Assembly: GCF_001194135.2 (NCBI RefSeq)
Contig: NC_068988.1
Location: forward strand, 56,874,260-56,938,259
Length of the DNA: 64,000 bases
Reading direction: 5' to 3'
DNA from: Octopus bimaculoides
Taxonomy: Eukaryota
In this document: piece after piece, positions 1 through 12,197 of the stretch
How the letters are laid out: each line of letters starts with the position of its first letter
Numbering within the stretch: position 1 is the first letter of the stretch
The notes under the pieces: generated by a model
The model's database searches: none
Told to the model about the DNA's origin: nothing
Seen by the model: only the letters and a program-made list of their open reading frames with translations
Position numbers and translations under genes: made by a program

Positions 1-50
<50 letters not shown>

Positions 51-722
51 TATATGCATATACACACACACATATATACATACACACACACACATATATA
101 TTGCACATACCTACACACATGTATGTATTTATTTCTAAGTGATATAGATACAGGCACAAGGAAGAAAAGACTGAGATCCTTGTGTTGCTAATCAGACGGC
201 TATCATTTACATTCATGATATAAGGTGAGGAATCTGAAAATTAATTGCTACACCTTAAGAGAGTTTGTGATATTTTAATGATCCAAATTATAAAATAGCT
301 GTAAGAAATGTAATTCACACAGCCTGCTGTTTATGGTTCTAGGTGTCATTTTTATGTATTTTAAAAAAGAAAAGAAAACGAACTTATCTTCTACTCTCTT
401 TTTGCAAGGAAATTAAAAGGGAACGTAGTTAACAACCTCAACAGAAGAAACAAGGGACAGTATATAGGAAGATGTACATGAAACATTATTATTATTATTA
501 TTATTATTAAATTGGGGTTGTGCCTACAATAGAAAGGATTATTATTATTAAGGTGGTTAGCAAGCTAGACAAAATGCTTAGTGGCATTTCATCCATCTTC
601 ATGTTCTGAGTTCAAATTCTGTTGAAGTTGACTTTGCCTTTCCACCATTCAGGGGTCAATAAAATAAATACCAGTTGAAAAGAAAATATTTAAAACAAAT
701 GTATGCTAGGAAGTGAGTAAGA

Positions 723-766
<44 letters not shown>

Positions 767-879
767 CAATGAAATGAAGAAAAGACATTTGAGAAAATTT
801 AAGTAAGTGAGAGGTAATGATAAGAGGCTGTTTGTTAGAATGCAGAGAATGTGCAGACTATGTGACCTTGAGAAAAACT

Positions 880-1115
880 TTAGCTGTGATAGATTTGAGT
901 CTTAGCTGTTACAATTTCAGCCTCAGTAGCTGCAGATATGAGCCTTAGTTGTTATACATTTGAGTCTACGTTGCCAGAGATTTGAGTCTCAGCTACCACA
1001 GATTTGAATCTTGAGCTGCCAGATTTGAGCTTCAGTTGTTACAAATTACTGATATGAACTTCAGCTGTCACAGATGTGAGCCTCAGTTGTTACAAATTTG
1101 AGTCTCACTTGCAAC
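880..1115. repeat. Degenerate ~21-bp minisatellite
   Basis: About 11 copies of a unit like AGATTTGAGTCTCAGCTGTTAC. Confidence 0.8.
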
Positions 1116-2089
1116 ATTTCTCAATTGCAAAAACAATACAATTGTCCAATGAATGGCTAATAAATAAATATCATCATCATCATCATCGTATCAAAAATGA
1201 ATTTATATATATTTCTATTGAAAATGTATTGACTGCAACAGGAGTGAAACTGGTTCTTTGTTACCAAGCAAACAGCTTAGACATTTATATACAATACAAA
1301 TGCCTAGTAAAAAAATCGTGAATATATGCACATACATATATGCCAATACAAAAAAATGCTATCTCATGTTAGCTATACTACAAGCTGTACATTTTATTAT
1401 TGTTGATACACTGACTGAAAGATAGAATGCTATTGGCTAGAATGTTCTTGATTGTAAGTTTTTCCACCCAGGGACAACTTGTTGAGAGGGATTATTTCAA
1501 TTAACTACATAGACACACACAAACACACCAAAATTGATAATTGAGTTAAATTTAGAAATCAATTTATGAAGTAAAAATAAATATTTCTTGAATAAAATTT
1601 TTAGAATTCAACATGTCCTCCTTGTGTTAAATAACATATTTATGAGAAATTTATTGCAAGAAACAGGAGAAAGAAGAACTAAAATGTAAAATTCGATATT
1701 AGTTTTGGCTACATGCCAAACTAATCTGCCTTTATGCACAAAGAATTACAGTTATCTTCATATTATTGGTTGTCTACTAGAAGTAATTCTATAAAAGATA
1801 TTCCCAATCAACCAAACTGCCTTAATTCAGTTACTCCACTTGCTAGAAATAGCAGTCAAAATATCAATCAAACCTAGTGTTTACAGATAAATATTTAATA
1901 ACATTATTTTTTTATTCTTTTACTTGTTCCAGTCATTTGACTGTGGCCATGCTAAAGCAGTGCCTTAAAGGATTTTAGTTGAAGAAATTGACCCCAGGAC
2001 TTATTCTTCATAAGCCCAGTTATGGGAACATTATCACACCAGCATTGCTTGTCAAGCGATGGTGGGGTGGGGCAAACATAGACACACGA

Positions 2090-2121
<32 letters not shown>

Positions 2122-2139
2122 CAAAAAATAAATAAGACG

Positions 2140-3216
2140 GATTTCAAAGGTGATTGCAGTACGCACGTTTCATGCTACTCCAATTTATTTTAGTAATGCG
2201 AGCATTACATTAAATGCAATATGAAGAGCAATCTTCAGCTGCACGAAAATGCAGAAAATTACAGAAGAATAGACATATTATAAATGTGGCAACATTTCAA
2301 ATCCAAGTGGGAGAGAGAATACATAATTCCATCTTGACATAGTCTATCAGGCTAGTAATTGATTCTAGACAAAAGTTCTAACTGTCTCAGATTTTATTGT
2401 CTCTTATCTAGTGGTGATAGCACAAGGGACAATCACTTCTAAAGAAAGGGAAGGTGTAAGCAGTATGCATGGACAAGGCTATAAAAAGTATTAGAATATA
2501 AAGGTTTCACTGGTCAGAGTAGTATCAGGTTATTTTACTACTATCAAAATGTTGAGGAATTTAAACCCTAGTATATGGGTCAAATAGGTTTTTTTCTTTT
2601 AGTCTGAATAGAGTAACAGTATAGTTGTACAGATAACAATAATAGTTTAACCAATATTTTCAGAATAAGAGGTATGTTAATAAAATAAATAAAATGAGAT
2701 GTAATTTTTTTTTAAATTTTTTTTTTTACAAAAATCATGAAATAATGTCAGTATTGAATTCAGAGGCTATAGATAGAGTGTAAAGTTTAAGGATATTAAG
2801 TATATTGGGTTCATGAAAACTATTTTAAATTATCTTAAAAAAAATTGATAGCTGAAAATAAGATAATGATACTATTTAGGATACTATTTAGGAGACGCAT
2901 AAGGTAAGCTTTATTTATATAATGTGAATGAGAAATAAAAATTAAAGATTAAAAATTAAAAATTATTATCGGATTTATATTAGTTTATAATAATGTGTTT
3001 ATTAAGGTTTAAGGGACTGAAAGAGAAAGGATGTTAGGAAATAACAAGGATATTCAATACAGGAATCTGATGATTGATATAAGTAGATTAGATGTTAAGG
3101 TGAGAGATCAGGAATATATGTTATAAAGGTTCAATTACCAATATAAATATGTGCTAATTGATAGTCTTAGATGACCATAATAGAAGTAAAATTACTATAA
3201 TTTGATAACTTTAGTT
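2140..3216 (-). mobile_element. Heavily decayed Penelope-like retroelement fragment (tentative)
   Basis: Broken translation SHLNI*STYINHQIPVLNILVIS resembles HPNIKFT...(L/I)PFLD(V/I)LV, followed later by SLPY(V/A) and FKIVF. A CTGAAGA...GAAAC-type 3' end lies near 2170-2240. Many stops and frameshifts. Confidence 0.4.
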
Positions 3217-3729
3217 TAAAAAATAGGCCTTTATTAAGTAACTAAAGTTATCAAATTATAGTAATTTTACTTCTATTATAGTCATCTAAGACTATCAATT
3301 AGCACATATTTATATTGGTAATTGAACCTTTATAACATATATTCCTGATCTCTCACCTTAACATCTAATCTACTTATATCAATCATCAGATTCCTGTATT
3401 GAATATCCTTGTTATTTCTTAACATCCTTTCTCTTTCAGTCCCTTAAACCTTAATAAACACATTATTATAAACTAATATAAATCCGATAATAATTTTTAA
3501 TTTTTAATCTTTAATTTTTATTTCTCATTCACATTATATAAATAAAGCTTACCTTATGTGTCTCCTAAATAGTATCCTAAATAATATCATTATCTTATTT
3601 TCAGCTATAATTTTTTTAAAGATAATTTAAAATAGTTTTCATGAACCCAATATACTTAATATCCTTAAACTTTACACTCTATCTATAGCCTCTGAATTCA
3701 ATACTGACATTATTTCATGATTTTTGTAA
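2726..3729. repeat. Long inverted duplication: arms 2726-3216 and 3240-3729, 23-nt spacer
   Basis: Arm 2 is the reverse complement of arm 1, with about six differences by eye. Arm 2 runs into the N-gap at 3730. Confidence 0.95.
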
Positions 3730-4418
3730 NNNNNNNNNNNNNNNNNNNNNNNNNNNNNNNNNNNNNNNNNNNNNNNNNNNNNNNNNNNNNNNNNNNNNNN
3801 NNNNNNNNNNNNNNNNNNNNNNNNNNNNNNNNNNNNNNNNNNNNNNNNNNNNNNNNNNNNNNNNNNNNNNNNNNNNNNNNNNNNNNNNNNNNNNNNNNNN
3901 NNNNNNNNNNNNNNNNNNNNNNNNNNNNNNNNNNNNNNNNNNNNNNNNNNNNNNNNNNNNNNNNNNNNNNNNNNNNNNNNNNNNNNNNNNNNNNNNNNNN
4001 NNNNNNNNNNNNNNNNNNNNNNNNNNNNNNNNNNNNNNNNNNNNNNNNNNNNNNNNNNNNNNNNNNNNNNNNNNNNNNNNNNNNNNNNNNNNNNNNNNNN
4101 NNNNNNNNNNNNNNNNNNNNNNNNNNNNNNNNNNNNNNNNNNNNNNNNNNNNNNNNNNNNNNNNNNNNNNNNNNNNNNNNNNNNNNNNNNNNNNNNNNNN
4201 NNNNNNNNNNNNNNNNNNNNNNNNNNNNNNNNNNNNNNNNNNNNNNNNNNNNNNNNNNNNNNNNNNNNNNNNNNNNNNNNNNNNNNNNNNNNNNNNNNNN
4301 NNNNNNNNNNNNNNNNNNNNNNNNNNNNNNNNNNNNNNNNNNNNNNNNNNNNNNNNNNNNNNNNNNNNNNNNNNNNNNNNNNNNNNNNNNNNNNNNNNNN
4401 NNNNNNNNNNNNNNNNNN
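3730..4418. other. Assembly gap (N)
   Basis: N run. Other gaps: 7021-7521, 12455-12830, 16256-16348, 16901-16973, 20079-20088, 20860-20869, 24226-24499, 31412-31595, 38359-39040, 61768-61794. Confidence 1.
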
Positions 4419-4596
4419 ATAGGTTCAATCCTATTGCACAGCACTTTGATTAAATGTCTTCTACTATAACCCCAAGCCGAACAATGCCTTGCGAGTGAAT
4501 TTGATAGTTGAAAACTAAAAGATGTGTGTGTGTAAGTATGTATGTATGTATGTATGCTTGCATCTATGTATGTATGTATTTATGTAAATAATACAG

Positions 4597-4793
4597 TAAA
4601 GGAAATCTCAAATGCAGAATAACTGTGAAAACAGGTTAGAAAATTGAGTAAATACCCTTAAAAGACGGAAAAAAGTGGCCAGGTCTGATTTTCTGTAGTG
4701 GCTTGCTGACCACATTTTTTTTGTCTTCTAAGGGTATTTAAGCCAATCTTCAAAGCTGTTTTCACAGCTATTCTCTGTTTGAGATTTCCTTTA
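4597..4793. mobile_element. Fold-back MITE-like element (~200 bp), superfamily unassigned
   Basis: taaaggaaatctcaaa..gaata.ctgtgaaaacag pairs with its complement at the right end. Inner aaataccctta.aagac...gtgg.cag pairs with ctgaccac...gtcttctaagggtattt. Confidence 0.75.
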
Positions 4794-5394
4794 TTTTATA
4801 TAAAATACCAACTCACTTGGCACTTCAAAGTTTGCATATAAATCATCATCATCATCATTTAATGTCCATCTTCCATGTGTGCATGGGTAGGATGGTAGGA
4901 GACTACTCCAGGCCACTGTTTCTGTTTTGGCAGGGTTTATATGGCTAGATGCCCTTCCTAACACCAATCAAGGGCACACATATATATATATATATGATTG
5001 TGTATGTGTGTATCATGTGTGTGTACAGGTGTGAATGTGCTTTAGAGTCTCCTTGTCTTGACATGGCATTCTTGAATGAAGGTGTTTATTTGCAAACCCC
5101 TGTGAAAACATGTCTGGCCATTTTGCTGTTCATGTTTGCAAGGCTAAGGGTTATATTACCTTGCTTGGAAACAGGTGAGGTTTGAAGACAGGAGAAGCAT
5201 CTAGCCATAGAAAAAGTACCTCGAATAATTTCATCTGACCCATACAGGCATGGTAAAATGGATGTTAAAACAATGATGTTGATTATGATGATAGATGAGC
5301 ATGTTTGTATTTGTGTTTAAACTAGATATAATATTAATTATTATATCTAAATGAATGTTCATTAGCAAAACAGTAATTAGTTGCCTAAACTTAC

Positions 5395-5504
5395 CACAGC
5401 ATCTAAGAATTCTATAAATTTGCTCTCCGATCTGTTTTGGCAGAATTGGCGGAACAGTTCTCGACCAACAGGCTGTTGTTCAACGATATACTTGTATGTC
5501 AGGG
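5395..5504 (-). CDS. GRK5: Internal coding exon (RGS-homology domain start) of a GRK4/5/6-subfamily (Gprk2-like) G protein-coupled receptor kinase
   Basis: Translates (x)LTYKYIVEQQPVGRELFRQFCQNRSESKFIEFLDAV, matching the GRK4/5/6 motif Y..(V/L)..QP(I/V)GR.LFR.FC...FLD.V. Acceptor is cttaat...cccttgtttctttgcag|CC (phase 1) and donor is GTG|gtaagt (phase 0); length 110 nt. As I recall, vertebrate GRK5 exon 3 has the same phases and also ends at FLDSV. The symbol means subfamily-level similarity, not one-to-one orthology. Confidence 0.9.
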
Positions 5505-5736
5505 CTGCAAAGAAACAAGGGAATATTAAGTAAATAAGGGTTTCTGAAAATTGGAACAAGGCAAGAGAATTTGGAGAAGAGGTAAGGTAAATTAATAAAT
5601 CACAAACTTAGAATACTTGACTGTTACGTATTTTAAGGATTCTGGAAGGTTCAAAGACAAGCTGACCTCAGTAGAATTTGAACTCAGAAACATATGTGTG
5701 TGTGTGTGTGTTTAATTACAGTTTGACTCAGCTCCA

Positions 5737-5768
<32 letters not shown>

Positions 5769-7631
5769 GGGCTGCAAACTGGCAGAACCGTTAGCACATC
5801 AGGCAAAATACATTCTGAGTTCAAATTCTGCTGAGGTTGACTTCACCTTTCATCCTTTCAGGGTCGATAAATTAAGTACCAGTTACATACTGGGGTTGAT
5901 CTAATTGACTGGCCCCCTCCCCCAATATTTTTTTGGGCCTTGTGCCTATATTAGAAAAGGATAATCACAACAACAACAATAGTAAACAAAACTTGTACTT
6001 TCATACCTAAAGTTAATTCTGAAATTAACAAATATTTTCTAGTGCAAAGAGTATAATTTAAAACATTATAATAACACTAATATTTTCTAGATTGGAAAGT
6101 ATTTTATAGTTTATCAATGTAAATGTTTTTGTTTTTGCTTTTTTAATTCATTAATATAAACAAACGACATAGTAATTAGTATCTAAAATTAATGCTTTCC
6201 GTAATATTAGAGAAATCACTTAAAGCAAATGAACAACCAGATTCTTCAAAATATTATTTCAGGTTCAACATAGATTACAAATTACCAGACTCTAAGTGAA
6301 TAAGGAACCAGGATTGGAAAGCTGTCTTTGGGGGGAAATTTACAATGACGCAGGTGATGAGCTGTTGCAGAAGATTAACCGATTTCTTTGGTACAATAAT
6401 TATCTGAGGAAGAAGAAATGGTACTATACACATACATAAAAAAAAAGTGTAACAACTATAGATACTATTGCTATTTAACCCTAGGTCAACTGAGGTTGAG
6501 CAGGCTTATGGCCAAAGACATTCAATTATTGACTATTTCTGTTTTGGAGTGTTTTTAACATCATTTAATGTCCATTTTCTATGCTGGTATGAATTGGGCA
6601 GTCTGACACTAGTGAAGAAAGCCTGGAGTTGCACCAGGTTCCATAGTTGGTTTTGGCTTGGTTTCTACAGCTGAATGCCCTTCCTAATGCCAAACACTTT
6701 ATAGAGTATATTGGGTGCTTTGGATCTTTTTTAAAATGGGGGCCACATTTTTCATTAACGAAACACTTTGAAACTTGGAACACTGGTAGAATGTATCATA
6801 TAAAACATCTTTTTCTCTTAGTCTTCTTAAAAAAAAAAGAAATCCCTAAGTTATTCCATGTTAAAGTTGTCGTATTTCTGTAATTTCAACCAATCACTGA
6901 CGTCCATTCAGCCGACTGACATTAAGTGCCGACTACATAAACAAACGATTCTGAAACAATTCTATCAATGATAGGGTTAGGGTTAGGGTAAAACAGCAAA
7001 TTTAAAAAGAAAAAAGCAAANNNNNNNNNNNNNNNNNNNNNNNNNNNNNNNNNNNNNNNNNNNNNNNNNNNNNNNNNNNNNNNNNNNNNNNNNNNNNNNN
7101 NNNNNNNNNNNNNNNNNNNNNNNNNNNNNNNNNNNNNNNNNNNNNNNNNNNNNNNNNNNNNNNNNNNNNNNNNNNNNNNNNNNNNNNNNNNNNNNNNNNN
7201 NNNNNNNNNNNNNNNNNNNNNNNNNNNNNNNNNNNNNNNNNNNNNNNNNNNNNNNNNNNNNNNNNNNNNNNNNNNNNNNNNNNNNNNNNNNNNNNNNNNN
7301 NNNNNNNNNNNNNNNNNNNNNNNNNNNNNNNNNNNNNNNNNNNNNNNNNNNNNNNNNNNNNNNNNNNNNNNNNNNNNNNNNNNNNNNNNNNNNNNNNNNN
7401 NNNNNNNNNNNNNNNNNNNNNNNNNNNNNNNNNNNNNNNNNNNNNNNNNNNNNNNNNNNNNNNNNNNNNNNNNNNNNNNNNNNNNNNNNNNNNNNNNNNN
7501 NNNNNNNNNNNNNNNNNNNNNGTTTCTGTCGGTGTTTGTCTCCCACCACTGCTTGACAACTGGTGTTGATGTGTTTATGTCCCCATAGCTTAGCGCTTTG
7601 GCAAAAGAGTCTGACAGAATAAGCACCAGGC

Positions 7632-7861
7632 TTAACCTTTTCGTTACCGTATTTAATTGAAGATGATCCGCGTTTCTTTCAATTAATTTTGAATATAACA
7701 ACGAATTTAGTAAAATAACTTAGTTACTATTAAGATAGTGTTAGGAACATAAATTGTGACTAAAGTTTGGTGGAAGAATTTAATTCAAAACTTATGAAAA
7801 CAAAACATTTGTACTACAGAGCCAGAGCCAGTTTCAGCCGGGTTGGTATTGAAAGGGTTAA
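7632..7861. mobile_element. piggyBac-like MITE (TTAA-flanked) inside a SINE
   Basis: TTAA-CCTTTTCGTTACC ... GGTATTGAAAGGG-TTAA, a 10/13 TIR match. The host SINE 3' half continues on both sides. Confidence 0.7.
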
Positions 7862-7976
7862 AGAAAAAATAATATTGGGGTTGATCCATTTAATTCTACA
7901 AAGAAGTGCCTCAGCATGGCCACAGTCTAATGACTGAAACAAGTAAAAATAAAATATATATAAGTATATGTATGTA

Positions 7977-8011
<35 letters not shown>

Positions 8012-8098
8012 GTTTAAATATATTTTTTTTCCACCCCAAATTTAGCAAAAGAATATAGTATCTGTTAACAATCTTAGCAAAATACTCAGTTGAGTTTT

Positions 8099-8138
<40 letters not shown>

Positions 8139-9333
8139 TTAAATAGGTCATTTTCATTATTATTATTATTATTATAAAGTATTTTCAATGGATCAGTTTT
8201 GAGCTCTATTTATATGTATCTATATATGTGTGTGTGTATGTATGTATGTATGTATATGTATGCGAGTGAGTGTGTGTGTACATGCTCATTTTCCTTCTTT
8301 GCTTTGTTTCTGTCAATCCATAGATATTTTTTAGCAAAAAATTACAAGAAATATTACTTTCTATATAAAAACATGACAATTGGTAAGCTACATGAAAAGC
8401 ATAGATGGACGTTAACGAACCATTTGTAGAAACTTCACAAGCCATTTGTATGCCTACGTGGTCTACTCCTGGTTTGTTGTCCAAATTTCAGCTCTTTACA
8501 AAAATGGACTCAGAGTAACTTACACATGAACATAGTCTTCTTGTAGTTTTGTTGATCAAATTTCAGCTAATTATCAAGCTTAATCTTCTTCAGAAGAACT
8601 GTTCGTTATTTCATTTGTTTGATTATAGAACTGTTCATAGATGGGTACTACACTACACATGCTATAAGGGGCATCTGGATATTTGCCTGTGGTTTCTAGC
8701 ACACCAAACGACTATACAGAGGCTCCCACTTTGGTCGGAGCAGCAGCTAGATAAGGGTATCTATGAACGTGGAAAGGAAATTGACAAATTCTGTGACAAC
8801 CGCAGACTAATTTCATCCTGTCTAAAGTTGACAAGTTAATAACATAGATTCTTCTCAATTGGTTAATTAACCATCTTCAATAAGATTTACTTGCTGAGAG
8901 TTTGTGCGTCTTCTGTACAGAACAAGGAGACTAGCTATTGCATGCGTGCATGTGTGTGTGTGTCTTTGTGTTGTGTGGTATCAAGATACACAAATCTCAC
9001 AAAGTACATCTCTGTCTAGTCAAAGCATTTATTTACTAAGAGTGCTCAACAACTAATTAGAAATTAATCAGGGCTATGAACAACATCTGCATATGATGAA
9101 TGAAAAGAAAGTAAGAATCTTGAATATGGTTTCAAATTTTGGCACAAGGCCAGCAATTTTAGGGGAACTGGGTTAGTCGATTACATTATCTCCAACGCTC
9201 AAATGATATTTATTTTATCAACCCTGAAACAATGGAAGGGAAAATCAATGTTGGTGGAATTTGAACTGAGAATGTAAGGGACTGGAAGAAAGTCACTAAG
9301 CATTTTGCCTGATTCTGCCAGCTTGCCACCTTA

Positions 9334-9487
9334 CATGGCTGTGTGCTAAGAAGCTTGCTTCCCAACCACATGGTTCTGGGCTCAGTCCCACTGCGTGGCA
9401 CCTTGGGTAAGTGTCTTCAACTATTGCCTCGGGCCAACCAAAGCCTTGTGAGTGAATTTTGTAGGCAGAAACTGAAAGAAGCCTGTC

Positions 9488-9538
<51 letters not shown>

Positions 9539-9750
9539 TATACATGTTTGTATATATTTATATGTGTGTGTCTTTGTGTCTGTCTTTGTGTCTGTCACCC
9601 ACCATCGCTTGACAACCAATGTTGGTGTGTTTATGTCTCTAACTTAGCGGTTCAGCAAAAGAGACCAATAGAATAAGTACTAGGTTTACAAAGAATAAGT
9701 CCTGGGGTTGCAGTCAAATGACTGAAACAAGTAGAAGAATAACAGAAAAG
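9334..9750 (+). mobile_element. Full-length tRNA-derived SINE, family B (CORE-like ACCTTGGGCAAGT motif, internal (TA)n)
   Basis: tggctgtgtg.taag head, GGGTTCAGTCCC-like B box, central microsatellite, and 3' end cagtcaaatgactgaaacaagtaaaaga. Other copies include 23270-23400, 23685-23860, 31657-32420, 35895-36235, 40985-41345, 52320-52680 and 61415-62140. Confidence 0.85.
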
Positions 9751-9975
9751 AATATATAATCCTTCCTACTGTAGGCACAAGATCTGAAATTTGAGGGGAG
9801 GGGCTAGTCAAATACAGTGATCCTAGTGTTCGACTGGTACTTATTTCATCAACCCTGAAAGAAACAAAGGCAAAGTTGACCTCAGCAGAGTTTGAACTCA
9901 GACTGTAAAGAAGGATGAAATACCGCTAAGCACTTTTTCTGGTCTGCTAATGAGTCTGCCAGCCGACCACATTAA

Positions 9976-10219
9976 TACAATAATCCCTTGCCATATCGCG
10001 GTTCACCTATCATGGTTCATCTATTGTGCTTTATTATTTAAGCTTAAGTCGGTTCCTCTGTGGTGTTGTTTTGCATTTATAATATAAAAAATATATACAA
10101 ATTATAAAAATAATTTTTAAAAAAAGCATACAGAACAGTACTGTTTATACTTTGAGGATTTTCACCTATCGCAGAGGATTTTGGAACGTAATGCTCGCAA
10201 TAGTCAAGAGATGACTGTA
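9976..10219. mobile_element. Tigger/pogo-like MITE
   Basis: Ends tacaataatcccttgccatatcgcgg and gctcgcaatagtcaagagatgactgta are degenerate TACAGTAATCCCTCG-type TIRs with TA ends. Internal ttcacctatc subrepeat. Confidence 0.65.
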
Positions 10220-10521
10220 CACCAATATAATGAAAATATGCTTATAGTTAACTTAGGGTAACCTTTTGGGACATCTAGATCTCCACCTCTCTCTCCCTTA
10301 CATATACATGAATGGTTTTGAGTTTAGTGTCACTGCATAGCAGCTGGCCCGAATGTTCACAACAGAGTGGACATCACTAAAGGCACCAAAGCACTTGATA
10401 GGGGACATTAAACTTAGTGACAAATTAGTTCTACCACCCAAAATAAAGAAATGTAACTTTGAGGAAACTGATTTCTTAATTAAGCATGAAGTGTTTTAAA
10501 GTTACAGGAGTGCATGTATGT

Positions 10522-10621
<100 letters not shown>

Positions 10622-11929
10622 AAGAGGAGTGTAGTGTGAGATAATGTGACTTATTAAAAGTGTCAGAGAAATTAATCAAACTGGAAAGTGAAACTAGATT
10701 CCAAATTGGGTCTCTTGAGAGCCAACTGCCATAGAGTAGTACACACCAATTTCATAGGTGAAACGAAGGAAACCTAAATGTCTTGAAATAAGACAAAACA
10801 AATATAGAACTTTGAATAGACAAACTCAATAATGAAGTTATTCCATTTCATTAATGAATGAACAATTTTTTTGTTTTAAACTAAATCAATATAATACAAA
10901 GATTTTTCTTTGATTTTTATTTTTCAGTTCTTTTATGAATAATTCTAAGTCAGTGAAATGTGCGCATATCTAAAAACCTTGCTTCCACACTCTTATTATT
11001 ATTGAAGGAGGGGCAAAATTAATTAGAGCTTAATCAACATTAAATTAATTATTAAACATTAGTTATTCATAATGCTAAACTTTTAAAAATATGACACTAG
11101 TTTTATTCTCCTTGAGCTGAAAGTCAACACTGACGATGGTGATACTTATAGAGAGGGAAAAGGGTCTACCAAATTAAACCAATGCCTATTTATTGGGTAA
11201 ATTAAAATACAAAACCTATAATTCATATCTTATATTTTAATTGTTTCAATCATTGGACTGTGGTCATGCTGGAGCAACACCTTGAAAAGTTTAGTCAAAC
11301 AAAACCACAGTACTTATGTTTTTTTAAGTTTGGCATTTAATGTATTGGTCTCTTTTGTTGAACTACTAGATTATGTTGGTTGGGGACAATCACAAAGGCA
11401 CACAGACTTCCACATTAACTCATGAGACATCGGTTGGCCTGGGGTTATAGTAGAAGACACTTGTCCAAGGTGTTACACAGTGAGATTGAACCCAGAACCA
11501 TGTGGTTGTAAAGCAAACTCTTTAACCAAACAACCATACTATATGTTTATCTTTCTATGTGACTTTTCAGAATTATATTACACATTCTCAGGATCACCAT
11601 CAATCCACTGACTAACAGGCAAAATCACATCTAGAACAAATAATAATAAAAATAAAGGAATACACAATCAATTCTATGTAACCACCACTGAAGTTGCTGG
11701 AGAACACAGGAGGTACTGGCTGAAGAAAGGAACACAGAAAAAAAAGAGACTAGGAACACTATGCTGACAGTGCTTTGGCCACAAATTAGAGGTTCAACCT
11801 TAGGAATGAGCAAGTGTCTTCTACTCTAACCCCAGGCTGATGAAAGCCTTATGAGTGGATATGGTAGACAGAACTGTAAGAAGCCTGTCAATATATGAAT
11901 ATAAAGTAAAGTATATCCATTGAGAGCTT

Positions 11930-12163
11930 TTGGTATGTTAAAAAATCACATACCCCACCACCCACTTTTCCATGACAAGATTAGGACTTGGAACCTTCCA
12001 AACAGATGCATGACATGTCACTTAATCGAATTAGCCCTTCATTTACTCCACAAATATTTTATTGTCAATGCTGCACCTCTCCGTATCATGTTTCAACTTA
12101 ACTGAAGCATATATACAAACTATGCCATTTAAATCCTGAGCAATGCTGGGTATGTCTGCTATA
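11930..12163 (+). mobile_element. Possible non-autonomous Helitron 3' end (weak)
   Basis: Ends with the short hairpin-like cctgagcaatgctggg followed by gtatgtctgcta(t), close to the Helitron hairpin + CTRR pattern but imperfect. Confidence 0.25.
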
Positions 12164-12164
12164 G

Positions 12165-12197
<33 letters not shown>

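Noticed and set aside
880-1115. CRISPR-like array
   Set aside because: Contiguous degenerate tandem units without unique spacers, eukaryotic context, no cas genes.
2726-3729. NUMT (mitochondrial insertion) interpretation of the AT-rich inverted repeat
   Set aside because: All frames have multiple stops under the invertebrate mitochondrial code, and I recognised no mitochondrial gene, tRNA or rRNA. A blastn against the mitogenome would settle it.
5360-5450. Possible editing-complementary sequence (intronic caaaacag vs exonic ctgttttg)
   Set aside because: Only 8 bp in AT-rich DNA; expected by chance.
6972-6989. TTAGGG hexamers suggesting a telomere or interstitial telomeric site
   Set aside because: Only about three units, embedded in what looks like a dispersed repeat; not an array.
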